Below are positions 10,671 to 21,700 of a stretch of DNA of 64,000 bases, piece after piece; position 1 is the first letter of the stretch; each line of letters begins with the position of its first letter. Position numbers and translations under genes: made by a program. The notes under the pieces were generated by a model. That model was not told the DNA's origin, did not search any database, and saw only the letters and a list, made by a program, of their open reading frames with translations. The stretch is from Pachysolen tannophilus NRRL Y-2460 (lineage: Eukaryota): assembly GCA_001661245.1 (NCBI GenBank), contig KV454015.1, positions 186,001 to 250,000 of the forward strand, written 5' to 3'.

Positions 10671-12185
10671 CTACACATTTGAATTAGTTTCTCCATTTGA
10701 ACTAATATTTGATTTATATAAGAATTTCCATTTTTCAACTGTAAGATTAGCTTTTTTACAATTTTCTTTCATTTGATTTAATTCTTTTAATAATTTTTCA
10801 TTTTCCAATTTGTAATGATCAATTTTGTTATTTCCATTTTGAAATTCAAGTTTATTATTTGTATTTTCCACATTAGATATCAAATTATAAAATTTTTCAA
10901 AATTTGTATAAAATAATGATTTTATAGAATCAAAATTTGAAAGGGAATTTGTAGCTTTTGTCAAATCAATATTATTGAAACTTTTAGATTTTTGTAAATT
11001 ATCGTTAAATTGTGTAATGAAATCGTTTAGTGTTGGTAAATACTCAACCAATATCTGGCTATTATTATTGGCGGTACCATTACTGGATTGATTTATTATA
11101 AAAACCGATTTTAAATAGTGATATAATTGATCAAAATATGCCAGAAGTGTAGTTAAAAACAGCGCGCTTTCTTCATTATTGTTTATTAGTTGAAATAATA
11201 AATTTGATGAATCTTCCAATAACGTTCTTGTTTCTCTGTCAATAATGTTTTTCACCAAGACGTCATCTTCTGATAATGCGTCCGATTTGGCAATTTTTGG
11301 TAGTGGCAAAGGTTGTTGCGGTTGTGGCAGCATCATCAGCAGCAGTTGCATTTGCAGAGGCAGTTGCAGTGGCAGCTGGAGATCAGGCACCACGGTGGTA
11401 TTATTTATCAATCTCGAGGGTGGTCCAAGAGCAGTTGTTACAGTTTGTTCCTGTTGTGTATTTTTTGGAAATGCAGAACTGATTGAATTTTGATTATTAT
11501 TTTGATTATTATTATTGATATAGTTGTAGTTATATTGTGAGGGTGAATTTAATTTCAATAACAATTTATCTCTCAATTCGTCAATAATGACATCTTTTTT
11601 CTTGATTTCAATTTTACTATTTTCTCTCGTATTATCATTCAAAATTTTTAAATGAGATCTTTCTTTTTTCAAATATTTGATATCATTATTTAACAGATGA
11701 ATAGATTTTTTAAGTTTCAAGATTTCCATATCTTTTTCATCTATGATTTTATCCTTTTTCGAGATCACTTCATTGATTAAAAACCCATTTTGTTTTTTCA
11801 ATTTATTTATCTCTTCTCTTTGTTGATTATGCTGTGAAATTGCAATTTCCTTGGTTTCTGCTGTTTTTTCCAATAAATTAAGCAATTCATATATTACATT
11901 AAGTACCTTCTTATCATTTAACAACATAGCTTGTGTCACTTGTGTAACTTGTGTAACTTTTGCAGTCTGAGTCTGCTTAGAGGAATTAACCGCCAGAGAA
12001 ATTTTATCAGATTCATTATTATTCAAATTCTCCTTATCACTTTCATCATTCTCTAATAATTTTTCTAAATCTAATGAGCAAAATAATAATTGATTTGGTA
12101 ACGACGATTTAAGAAACCCTCTATTCTTCAATTTTTCATTAACAACCCTCGATCCCTCTTTAATCTGAGAGACTGATACCGACAT
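10671..12185 (-). CDS. ADIP-family coiled-coil protein (Atg25/Msd1/TinA-like)
   Basis: ATG at 12185. N-terminal VNEKLKNRGFL...DKKVLNVIYELL resembles the afadin/alpha-actinin-binding family; long coiled coils follow. Confidence 0.6.
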   Translation of the reverse strand: MSVSVSQIKEGSRVVNEKLKNRGFLKSSLPNQLLFCSLDLEKLLENDESDKENLNNNESDKISLAVNSSKQTQTAKVTQVTQVTQAMLLNDKKVLNVIYELLNLLEKTAETKEIAISQHNQQREEINKLKKQNGFLINEVISKKDKIIDEKDMEILKLKKSIHLLNNDIKYLKKERSHLKILNDNTRENSKIEIKKKDVIIDELRDKLLLKLNSPSQYNYNYINNNNQNNNQNSISSAFPKNTQQEQTVTTALGPPSRLINNTTVVPDLQLPLQLPLQMQLLLMMLPQPQQPLPLPKIAKSDALSEDDVLVKNIIDRETRTLLEDSSNLLFQLINNNEESALFLTTLLAYFDQLYHYLKSVFIINQSSNGTANNNSQILVEYLPTLNDFITQFNDNLQKSKSFNNIDLTKATNSLSNFDSIKSLFYTNFEKFYNLISNVENTNNKLEFQNGNNKIDHYKLENEKLLKELNQMKENCKKANLTVEKWKFLYKSNISSNGETNSNV

Positions 12186-12856
12186 CACTAAGCAAAACCA
12201 ACACAGATACACAACCCAAACCTCTAATAAGTTCAAATTTATCAATCAATAATATACATATATATATATATATATTTATATGATAAACTCGTACAAAATA
12301 ATAATGTAAACAAAAAAAACAAACAAAAAAGAAAACATCACGTGCACTCGAACTTTGTTACGCGCTGACACGACCATTTTTGGGTCATCTTTTGACCCAA
12401 AAAAAAAAACATATGGAATTGGAATTATAACTTTCTACAACGACAAGTCTCAGAGTCTTTAAAATCTCAGAGTCTCAATTGAAAATTGTGAAAATTGAAA
12501 ATGGAGTATAACTTTAACAAGCTGAAAATTCTAAACAATATTAATAAAAATAGTAAAAAAAAAAAAAATGGAAAAAAGGCAAAATAAAAAAAAAATAAAA
12601 AAAGAGAATATGTAATATAGATGGTTGAACTTATTGAATCTTGAGTCTTTTTTTCTTTTAATCATCATCAGGGCCCCAGGTCCCAATGACCTAAGGCCAC
12701 AATTGGCTACAGCTGGCTATCAGCTTCACGAACATTGTTTGTTGATTTTTTTTTTTTTTTATTATTTTTTTTATTTCATGAGAATTTATAATCGTTAACT
12801 TTAATTGAGTGCACACCTTTTACTACTTTTTCTTTTCTTTCTTTTCTTTTATTCCT

Positions 12857-13405
12857 TTAATGGTGATGTTCTTCTTCTTCTGGGAAAACAAACCAGTCTT
12901 CTTCAGCAGCTGAAGAAACCTCACCTTCTTTTACTGATTCAGTGGTGACTTCTGCCGAGTCGTAAGCAGCCAATTCCTCAGCGCTACCTTCAACTTCTGG
13001 AACCTTTGCCAGTGCTGGGACAGCCCATGGCTTGGTACTACTAGCAGCCTCCAGTTCTGATAATGGAGCTGGCTTAAAACTTTTCAATTCCCTAACATAC
13101 AAATCCGAAATCAAATCTATTTTTTTTAAAAAAAAAAAAAAAAATAATTATAATAAGTTAGCATATATTGAGCCAATTCAATTGATATAAAAAATAAAAT
13201 TCAATTCTTTTCTAATACTTACTGTAACGAACTGGAGCAACTGAAAATGCTCTAACACTGGTCTTTGCAGTTAAAATTCTCTATTCAAAAAAAAAAAAAA
13301 AAAAATATAAAAATTAAATTCAGTTAATACATTGCCAATGTTAAAAAAAAAAAAAAAATTCATTCAATCAAAACATACCGATGATCTAATTACCTGAGCA
13401 AACAT
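12857..13405 (-). CDS. ATP14: Mitochondrial ATP synthase subunit h, 3 exons (13405-13379, 13280-13223, 13116-12857)
   Basis: Introns 13378-13281 (GTATGT, TATTAAC, TAG) and 13222-13117 (GTAAGT, TGCTAAC, TAG). Spliced protein is presequence MFAQVIRSSRILTAKTSVRAFSVAPVRY, then NLISDLYVRELKSFKP...EEDWFV. Confidence 0.92.
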
Positions 13406-13852
13406 TATTCTTTTTTAATTCTTTTACTAAACTTAAATAGATTAATTTAAATATATAAATAATTTTTATCTTAAATTATAGTATAGTATATACCTTTTTT
13501 ATTTCCTTGGAAAATGAATTTCCAATTTTTTGGTTGGCCAGCGAAATAGAATGTGAAAAAGAAGAGGTAAGAAAAAAAAAAAACCGGGCAAACCGCCAAA
13601 AATTAAAGGCCAAATCAAAGAGCTCGCAACCGGGGCGCGCGGGCGGGCTGAAAAAATGAAAAACAAAAAAAAAAGTCCAAAAAAAGATGTTTGGTTAGCG
13701 CCCACACGACCCATTTATTGTATTATTTTTTATTTAATTTTTCCCCTTTAAAAAAAAAACAAAATCTATCAGCGGTTAACAAAGAGAAAAGTAACTTCAA
13801 TTATATATAAATATATATGATTATAATAATTGAATTGAATTAAACAGCGGTT

Positions 13853-14597
13853 ATGCCAAAATACTATTGTGAATATTGTCGATGTAAGTATGAGTTTTTT
13901 TTATATTTTTTGGATTCAATTACTAACTTTTTTTTTTTTTTCTTGTTTTAGCTTATTTGACCCATGATTCAATGAGTGTGAGAAAATCTCACTTGATGGG
14001 GAAAAATCATTTAAAATACTATTGTGACTATTATGAACGTAAGTAATGTCTATTCAATGTTACTATCTTGTATGGTACGAGATGTCAAATATACCGCTTT
14101 TACTAACTTTTAGATAACCTATCTTTTTTTTTTGAAAATAATTAGGAGAGGCAAAAAAATCAAATGTTTGGGAACCTTCTGAACTTCCTTATGAAGCAAC
14201 ACTAAAAGAGTATTTTAAAGGAATACCAGGGTCTAGGAATTTGAAATTGGGAGAAGTATTGGAGCAAGAAAATTTCTTGGATGAACAAGAAGAAGATGAA
14301 GAAATAAGTAATATCAGCGGGCCCGGGCCCACTAATAGTAGTAGATCAGCTGCTGGAGTTGGAGCTGGAGCTACTACTAGTGCTACTAGTGCTACTAGTG
14401 CTGCCGCGGCAGCGGCTACTGCAATGAAAACAACCACCAATGCTTATGATGATTTAGAACATACAATAACAGAGAGGTATCTCCTGCCACCACCACCATT
14501 ACCCAATCTCCCGAACCCACCACCTTCAGTGTACCATTATGACTTGAGACAACAGCGCTTAAAAGTAGCTGAACTCATGAGAAGACACGAAACATAG
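13853..14597 (+). CDS. YHC1: U1 snRNP protein C, 3 exons (13853-13883, 13952-14038, 14146-14597)
   Basis: Spliced N-terminus [30 protein letters not shown] is the U1-C zinc finger. Introns 13884-13951 and 14039-14145, both GTAAGT/TACTAAC/TAG. Pro-rich C-terminus LPPPPLPNLPNPPPSV. Confidence 0.9.
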
Positions 14598-14663
14598 AGA
14601 ACTAAAGAAAGAACTATAGGAACTATAAGAACAAAAAGAAAGAACAAATACAGAAAGTATACC

Positions 14664-14775
14664 CCAAATTAGGAAGTCCTGTACTCTTCCATGTTTTCCT
14701 AATCCAGTAGTCTGAGAGCTAGAATTTCCCTAAGCGGAACTAGTTACCTCAAGCAGTAAGTTATTCCCGATTAGG
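14664..14775. promoter_or_regulatory. Cluster of Mcm1-like CC-N6-GG sites upstream of GSP1
   Basis: CCAAATTAGG 14664-14673, tttCCCTAAGCGGaa 14728-14737 and ttCCCGATTAGGaaa 14766-14775. Confidence 0.5.
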
Positions 14776-14968
14776 AAACTATTTTTTTTTTCTTTTGTTT
14801 TTTTTTTTTTTTTTTTTTTTTTGAAATCGTAAAATTTTTTTTTTCCTTTGAAATCCCTAATAAAATAAAATCATCATCATCTATAAATTTATTTATTTTA
14901 TTTAATTTATTTATTAACAAATTGTATATTGTTTTATTAATTGAATTTTCATTGATAAAGATAGCAAA

Positions 14969-16023
14969 ATGGCTCAACAAGAAGTTCCTACTTTTAAATT
15001 AGTTTTAGTCGGTGATGGTGGTACCGGTAAGGTATGTATATTTTAGAATTTGGTATCGGAAATTACGATATGGCGTTATGTGTTATGTATTGTGTATTGT
15101 TGTTGATTTACTTAGTGATGGCCGATCTTGTACTTTTTTTTTTTTTTGCTTTTTTTTGATTAACTTTTTTTCAAAAGTTTGCAAAACAGTGATCTATTAA
15201 TTTATTGGATGATCAAAGTGTTGGAATCAATTGATGGAAGCTCTAAAACTGAAAGGTTTTATTTGTTTTCTTTTGTCCTTTTTTTTTTGTTTGTTTGTTT
15301 GTTGGTGTTTAGATTTGAAACTTTTTATTTACAGCATAATATTTTTTAATTTCCTATCATATCGTTAATTTCATTGATCCGATTTTAATTATTATTGGAT
15401 TACATTTACTAACTTTGTTTGTTTTATTTCTTTGTTAGACCACTTTTGTTAAAAGACATTTAACTGGTGAATTTGAAAAAAAATATATTGCTACATTAGG
15501 TGTTGAAGTTCATCCATTGTCTTTCTATACCAATTATGGTGAAATCAAATTTGATGTCTGGGATACTGCCGGCCAAGAGAAATTTGGTGGTTTAAGAGAT
15601 GGTTATTATATCAATGGTCAATGTGGTATCATCATGTTTGATGTTACTTCCAGAATTACCTATAAAAACGTTCCAAACTGGCACAGAGATTTGGTTAGAG
15701 TCTGTGAAAACATTCCAATCGTCTTGTGTGGTAATAAAGTCGATGTCAAGGAAAGAAAAGTTAAGGCAAAGACCATCACTTTCCATAGAAAGAAGAATTT
15801 ACAATATTTTGATATTTCTGCAAAATCAAATTATAATTTTGAAAAACCATTTTTATGGTTAGCAAGAAAATTGGTAGGTAACTCACAATTGGAATTTGTT
15901 GCTTCTCCAGCTTTGGCTCCACCTGAAGTCCAAGTTGACGCAGAATTGATGCAAAAATACCAACAAGAAATGGAACAAGCTACAGCATTACCGTTGCCTG
16001 ATGAAGATGACGCAGACTTATAA
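14969..16023 (+). CDS. GSP1: Ran GTPase, 2 exons (14969-15031, 15439-16023)
   Basis: [37 protein letters not shown] across a 407-nt intron 15032-15438 (GTATGT, TACTAAC, TAG); ends LPDEDDADL. Confidence 0.97.
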
Positions 16024-16544
16024 GCTTGAAAAATGCTGCATATATATTTTATTTGTGCCCTATCAATCGAATGGTGAATAAAAAGACAAGAATTGTTTTG
16101 AAGAAAGAAAAGGGGAAAAAAAAACAAAAACAAAAAACAAACATGAGAAAGTAAAATTAAAATATGATTTTAGTTTTGTCATAAAAGAGTGAAAACTTTT
16201 ACTTGTTTTTTCTTATAGTGAGTTTATCTATAAAATAATACTTGTTGTCTAGGTCTTGACTCATTATCAAAGCTTAATCCGTTTTAATTTTTTTTAATTT
16301 TTAATTTTCAATTTCATTTGATTTTTTTTTTCTCTTTTTTCTTTTTTTTTTTTTATTTTTCTTTTTTTCTTCTATTCGTATGTAGTTTTTAATATAAACG
16401 TCTTTACAGCTATTTTCAAATTGAGATATTATTATTATTATTATTATTATATGTATGAGAAATAAATAAATATATATACTATATACAAAAAAGAAAGAGA
16501 AATAATAGAAATCAAAAAATAAAAAAATGGGTTGTAGAGAGTCA

Positions 16545-18764
16545 TTAAAACTTGTACTTTTTCTTATTTTTCCTTTCCTTTGGTTTCTGTTCGAACTCAT
16601 TGCTAACAATCGAACTTATTTGATTCAACTTATCTTCTAAACTTGAGATTTTATCGTGATCATTATCATAATCAACATTTGCCAATCTATTCAAAATATC
16701 TCTTTTATTTTTATGAAGTAATTTTAACTCTAAACTTCTTTCTGCTAATTTTTGTTTTTCTTTCTCTTGTAATTTTGATAAATAATTCTCTGCATTTGAG
16801 CTTGCCATTAACTTAGTTTTAGCATCTAATGCCCATAAATCACCTCCAATCAATTTTCTAGCATCATGAAATTCTTGTTTACCAAAAGATTTTGGTATGA
16901 TCCATTTTTCAATAAATCCAGATGGATTACAAACTTCTGCAACAATTTGACCTTTTTTCTTTAATGGAGTTTTCATAACTCTAGACCATTCCTCAATAGA
17001 ATCATTATTAGTAGCTGTATGACCAAAATTATGGGTTTCATTTGATAATGTTCTTTCAGCAATCTTATCTAAACTTGCTCTATCATTTAAAGATCTTTCT
17101 AAAATTAAATAACTATATGTTAACACCTCATAATCTTTACCGTTAGGCCTGCCACTCCCACCTGTAGCTGATCCTTTAACACCAGTTCCATCTAATGGGC
17201 TGTCCCATCTCGTGGCTAACCTTAAACCTTTCTTCAATTCAATAGAGAATTTTGGCCTCTTGATGGTACGTTCGAAATGACACCATGATAATTTTTTACC
17301 AATTTTCCCAAAAGAATAATATTCAGGATTTTTCAATTGAAGAGGACAGTTACCGTGATGCTGACATGGAGCTATAACTTTTAGATGATAATTTGGCCTT
17401 TGATCTACTTCGTATAAATTTTGATCGTTGTTAATATCAGATTCAAATTCAGAATCAATAAAATCTTTAACTCCAACATTACTTTGTACAATAATTTCAT
17501 TTTTTGGCTTGAAATCAGAACCTTTTATATATAATCTTGGAATCTTGGTATTTGAATTGGGATAGTTTTCAGGTCTTATTGCTACTTGTCTGGCTCTTGC
17601 AATGGTTTCAAATCCCAACGGAGTACCTCTTTCAATAACAAGTAAATGGCCACCTGGGGCCAATTTTGAAAGATAAAAATCAAGTTTATCATCAATTTCT
17701 AATGGGAAATGTTCCTTATTTGTTAATAACTGATGATTTAATAAAATCATATCGTATTTATGAGAAGTTGGTATTTCTTTTAAAAATTTTGTTCTGATCT
17801 TGATTTGCTTAGTGTCAACATTCCCAACAATATCATCTTCACCTGTTATAGATTCAAAATTTTGATGCTCAATATCTAATTCATCCTTTGTTAAAGAACT
17901 ATTATTATCATTAACATTATATTCACATAATTGCCTACTCAATATAATTTTGGCTCTTTTTTGCATTTCATAAGGTCCAACTATAAATGAGTGTTTTATA
18001 AGTGGATTAAAATCTTCACCCATAATTTCATTTAAGGCAACCATTCCAGTGGCTGGTCCATATCCAACATCCAAAATTTTTTGAGGATTAAATTTTGAAA
18101 TCCGATTTTTCAACTCAAAAATTGTTTGGTAAGCAGCACCATAATTTTGAAGGAATAACGAAGCTATATGTGCATCAACATCAAGCTCAGTATCCTTTGA
18201 AGGCTCAAGTAATTCATTTTGGTATAATTGGACATAAATCTCCGATGCCTTGGTTCTTAACATTTTTGGCTCATTTCTAATAAGCATATATTCATTAATA
18301 GTCTCTGATATTACATCAGGTAACTCGATCTGATCCCTATTAACTCGCCCTTTCAACGTATTTGGATGTAATCTTGATTCTTCACTATTACGGGACCCAT
18401 TATTTAAAAATTCTCCAGTTTCCTGATCTCTATATTCAGAGTAAGCTTCTTTTAACTCTTTGTGATCAATGATTTTAAATTTAGGGTTTTCAGGCTCATT
18501 TAAAGCATAATGATAATCTTGAACAAGCTGCCCATAAGTTTCACTTCCACGAAGATATGAATGAGAAAGAGAAAATTCAGATACCTGAGAATCTGGAATA
18601 GACAAAGTCTTTAATGAGTTGGTAATATCATAATCATTTAATGCATTCTTAACATTTCTTCTAGTATTTGATTTCTCATCAGTTGATAAATAGCAACTTT
18701 GTTCAAATCTTAAACCACACTTCGACGCTGATAAAACCCTTCGGCCCCCTATGAGCTTCAACAT
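16545..18764 (-). CDS. RSM22: Mitochondrial small ribosomal subunit assembly protein Rsm22 (methyltransferase-like)
   Basis: LDVGYGPATG, LAPGGHLLVIERGTPLGFETIARAR, APCQHHGNCPL and KSFGKQEFHDARK motifs; basic presequence. Confidence 0.9.
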   Translation of the reverse strand: MLKLIGGRRVLSASKCGLRFEQSCYLSTDEKSNTRRNVKNALNDYDITNSLKTLSIPDSQVSEFSLSHSYLRGSETYGQLVQDYHYALNEPENPKFKIIDHKELKEAYSEYRDQETGEFLNNGSRNSEESRLHPNTLKGRVNRDQIELPDVISETINEYMLIRNEPKMLRTKASEIYVQLYQNELLEPSKDTELDVDAHIASLFLQNYGAAYQTIFELKNRISKFNPQKILDVGYGPATGMVALNEIMGEDFNPLIKHSFIVGPYEMQKRAKIILSRQLCEYNVNDNNSSLTKDELDIEHQNFESITGEDDIVGNVDTKQIKIRTKFLKEIPTSHKYDMILLNHQLLTNKEHFPLEIDDKLDFYLSKLAPGGHLLVIERGTPLGFETIARARQVAIRPENYPNSNTKIPRLYIKGSDFKPKNEIIVQSNVGVKDFIDSEFESDINNDQNLYEVDQRPNYHLKVIAPCQHHGNCPLQLKNPEYYSFGKIGKKLSWCHFERTIKRPKFSIELKKGLRLATRWDSPLDGTGVKGSATGGSGRPNGKDYEVLTYSYLILERSLNDRASLDKIAERTLSNETHNFGHTATNNDSIEEWSRVMKTPLKKKGQIVAEVCNPSGFIEKWIIPKSFGKQEFHDARKLIGGDLWALDAKTKLMASSNAENYLSKLQEKEKQKLAERSLELKLLHKNKRDILNRLANVDYDNDHDKISSLEDKLNQISSIVSNEFEQKPKERKNKKKYKF

Positions 18765-18965
18765 CTTCTCCCAGCTTGATTTCTACCGATTTATACCTCT
18801 TTTCCTTTAATTTCAACTAATTATTAAATGATTATAAAAAAACTGAAAAATTTTTTTATATTTTTTTTTTATATATATTTTTTTTTATATATTTTATTTA
18901 TTTGCTATTAAATTTGTAATTTATGATGAGATAACGATTGGATAAAGTGAGGTATATGGAAGTAA

Positions 18966-19958
18966 ATGGATTATGCTAGTGGAGATTATGAGAGTGAAGA
19001 AGATGATGATTCATATATGAGCCACTTGAATGGTCTGAGGATTAAGTTCTTGAAGAAAAAGCCAATTGAGAAAGATAAGAATAGCGATGATGATGGCGAT
19101 GGCGATAATGAAGATCAAGTTTCAGAATCATCAAGAATATCAGAAACGAGGGAAAAGACCGGAGGGTTTCCTTGTAGGAACAGATCAAGAAGGTTGAAGT
19201 TTAAAACTGCAAAAGGAGCAACAAAGAAGACGTTGAACACAAAAAGTTTGATGGAGGATGAGGATGAAGTTGTTGAAGAAGAAACCAATACTATTAATGT
19301 CGAAAATGGTGAATCAAAACCTGAGCCTTTTGTAAAAATGAAAGATGATATTGATTCAGGAAAATCTTTTTATGAGTATGGGCCCAGAATTCACGGTTAT
19401 AGGTTTATTTCGTCTAAACAACAACAAACAACACCGGATTCTATACCTAATGTTAATCCATATAAGCATTCTATATTTGAAGGTGATTTTTATAAGATGT
19501 CATATGAAGGTTTTGAGAACTTCAAACAGGATGAGACATTGAACTTGGATAAATTTGGAGAGGCTAGTAAGAAAGAAAATATTTATAAATCTGTGAAACA
19601 GACTTATGATGAATATTTACAAAAATGGGAGAATGGTATTGAATCCAAAACTTTTAATATTCCTTGGCCCAATGCTGAAAATTCTATAAATTATAATTCA
19701 TTTAATGATATTGAAATTTTTTTCAAGAATAAAACAAATGGTTCTAATCAACTTTATATGGAAATTTTGAAACGTGAAAGGGTTAGATGGCATCCTGACA
19801 ATTTGAAAAGAAAATTGTTGATATTTAATGATAATAATGAAGATTTAACGAAATTAAAAGAAATAATGGGTTCTATAACAAAGACTTTTCAAGTTATTAA
19901 TGATATTTGGGAAGCTGCGGTTGAAAATAGTAATAATAATAATAATGGTACAGCTTAA
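18966..19958 (+). CDS. Uncharacterised protein with a C-terminal IPWP...RERVRWHPD (J-like/NFKBIL1-like) module
   Basis: 330-aa ORF with a charged N-terminus; C-terminal LKRERVRWHPDN...ITKTFQVIN. Confidence 0.6.
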   Translation: MDYASGDYESEEDDDSYMSHLNGLRIKFLKKKPIEKDKNSDDDGDGDNEDQVSESSRISETREKTGGFPCRNRSRRLKFKTAKGATKKTLNTKSLMEDEDEVVEEETNTINVENGESKPEPFVKMKDDIDSGKSFYEYGPRIHGYRFISSKQQQTTPDSIPNVNPYKHSIFEGDFYKMSYEGFENFKQDETLNLDKFGEASKKENIYKSVKQTYDEYLQKWENGIESKTFNIPWPNAENSINYNSFNDIEIFFKNKTNGSNQLYMEILKRERVRWHPDNLKRKLLIFNDNNEDLTKLKEIMGSITKTFQVINDIWEAAVENSNNNNNGTA

Positions 19959-20028
19959 CATATATATATATAAATATATGTACATTTGTAAACTAGATAT
20001 AATTTTTTTTATTTTATTTGTTTGTTTG

Positions 20029-20904
20029 TTAACTATCCTTTGGAGTTTTAACTTCGTCGTCTTCTTCAATATCTTCGACTTCCTCGTCTTCATCTTCGCC
20101 ATCGGCTGTACCTTCTTCCGCACCTTCCTCCGCACCTTCCTCTGCGTCGACCACAACAACGTCGTCATCTTCGTCATCTTCTTCCTCTTCTTCGTCGTCG
20201 TCCTCTTCAGCTTCCAAATCTTCCTCGATATCTTCTTCCAAATCTTCTTCAATATCCTCTTCCTTATCCTTTGCTGCAATTGTCTGTGACGACGCTCCAT
20301 TTTCTTCTTCTTCTTCTTCTTCATCTTCTTCTTCTGCTAGTTCTACTTCCTCTTCCTCATCTTCTTCTTCCTCTTCCTCGTCCTCGTCCTCTTGGAATTC
20401 AGAGGGGAACCCATTATCAGCGTCTTCACCTTCATCCTCGTTATCCCACACTATATTGAACCGTGTGACTCTTGGTTTTTCTGCAAGAATGTTTCGAACA
20501 ACGTGATCAACCTGTACTTTAGAAGGTGGATTTTCTCTTAATTCTTCAGTATCATATTCGTTATTTACATAATACCCAACCCGCACAAATTCTCGATCAT
20601 TATAAGAACACGAAAGCAAAATCACTGTAACAGAGACCAACTCCGAAGCAGGAATAAGTTCTGGAGATGGAGGATCCAGTTTAAATAAAAACTTATTGAC
20701 CCCAACAGGAATCGGTCCAACCAATATAGAATCCAATTCTTGATCATGATCCAATGATCTAGAAGAACCAACATAAGTCAATTTCCATTCCAAATCCTCT
20801 TTCAAAGGCTCAAGACACTCAAAAGTTATCTCAAACTCGTACGCATCAGTAAACCTAGCAGGATTATTCAAAACATTAATACCCAATAATGAAACAATTG
20901 ACAT
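20029..20904 (-). CDS. ASF1: Histone H3/H4 chaperone Asf1 with a long acidic tail
   Basis: Near-identical to the yeast Asf1 core, MSIVSLLGI...[14 protein letters not shown]; Asp/Glu-rich tail. Confidence 0.98.
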   Translation of the reverse strand: MSIVSLLGINVLNNPARFTDAYEFEITFECLEPLKEDLEWKLTYVGSSRSLDHDQELDSILVGPIPVGVNKFLFKLDPPSPELIPASELVSVTVILLSCSYNDREFVRVGYYVNNEYDTEELRENPPSKVQVDHVVRNILAEKPRVTRFNIVWDNEDEGEDADNGFPSEFQEDEDEEEEEEDEEEEVELAEEEDEEEEEEENGASSQTIAAKDKEEDIEEDLEEDIEEDLEAEEDDDEEEEEDDEDDDVVVVDAEEGAEEGAEEGTADGEDEDEEVEDIEEDDEVKTPKDS

Positions 20905-20932
20905 TTTTCAAATAAACTTTAATACCAAAATA

Positions 20933-20938
20933 ACGCGT
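20933..20938. promoter_or_regulatory. MCB element (ACGCGT) just upstream of ASF1
   Basis: Exact ACGCGT 29 nt upstream of the ATG; ASF1 is a G1/S-type gene in yeasts. Confidence 0.4.
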
Positions 20939-21700
20939 CTTTTCCCTTAAATAAACCTCAATTAATTTGACAAGAATTCAACAACTAACAAAGACAACTC
21001 TATAAACTAAAGAATTCAAAATTCTCTCTTTCTCTTTCTCTTATCTTTTCTTTCTTCAAGAAACAAAAAAGAAAAAAAATAAAAAAAAAAGTCAAACTCA
21101 ACTCAACTCAACTCAACTGAACAATACTTTTTTTTCAAGAAACACTTTGAAAACAACTCGTTTTTACCCACAAAAAAAAACTTCAAGTTCCCAATTCCTT
21201 CTAACCAAATCACCAACAATAACCTCTAGCTACCCAATGATCAGATTAATCACCCTCTATTGAAACTATCAAACCTTTTTTCTAAACTAAAAATTTAGCA
21301 AAATAGCTGAAAAGAGAAATTTTTTTTATATAAACCCAAAAAGTAAAGGTATTTTTTTAAAGCTGCTTTATTTATATCAAATTTTATTAAAGCAAAAAGA
21401 TCTCGAGGAAAAACGTTGTTGACTACAACGAGGATTTAAGGATTAGTGATAGGGTTGTTCTCAAGCTGATGCTTTGCTATTAGAAAGGAAAGAGAATATT
21501 AGAAAAGAAGAGAAAAAAAAACAACGTATTACGGTATTATTGTTGTGAGTTAAAAGTGAGTGAGTGTGTGTGTGTGTGTTTGTGTGTGTTTGTATTAGTG
21601 AAAGTGTGCTTTAGATTTGTATCAAGTAGAAATTTTGTCGTCACCGAATGTGTTGGCGAAACGAGCAAAGCAGGTGTTTTATTTTGTATAATAGAGAGTC

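Noticed and set aside
14693..14779. Inverted repeat TTTCCTAATC/GATTAGGAAA upstream of GSP1 as an RNA hairpin
   Set aside because: It is better explained as half-sites of neighbouring Mcm1-like elements.
15032..15438. Possible intronic box C/D snoRNA in the long GSP1 intron (GGATGA...CTGA at about 15207-15252)
   Set aside because: The C box is imperfect, the span is too short and no convincing rRNA complement was found.
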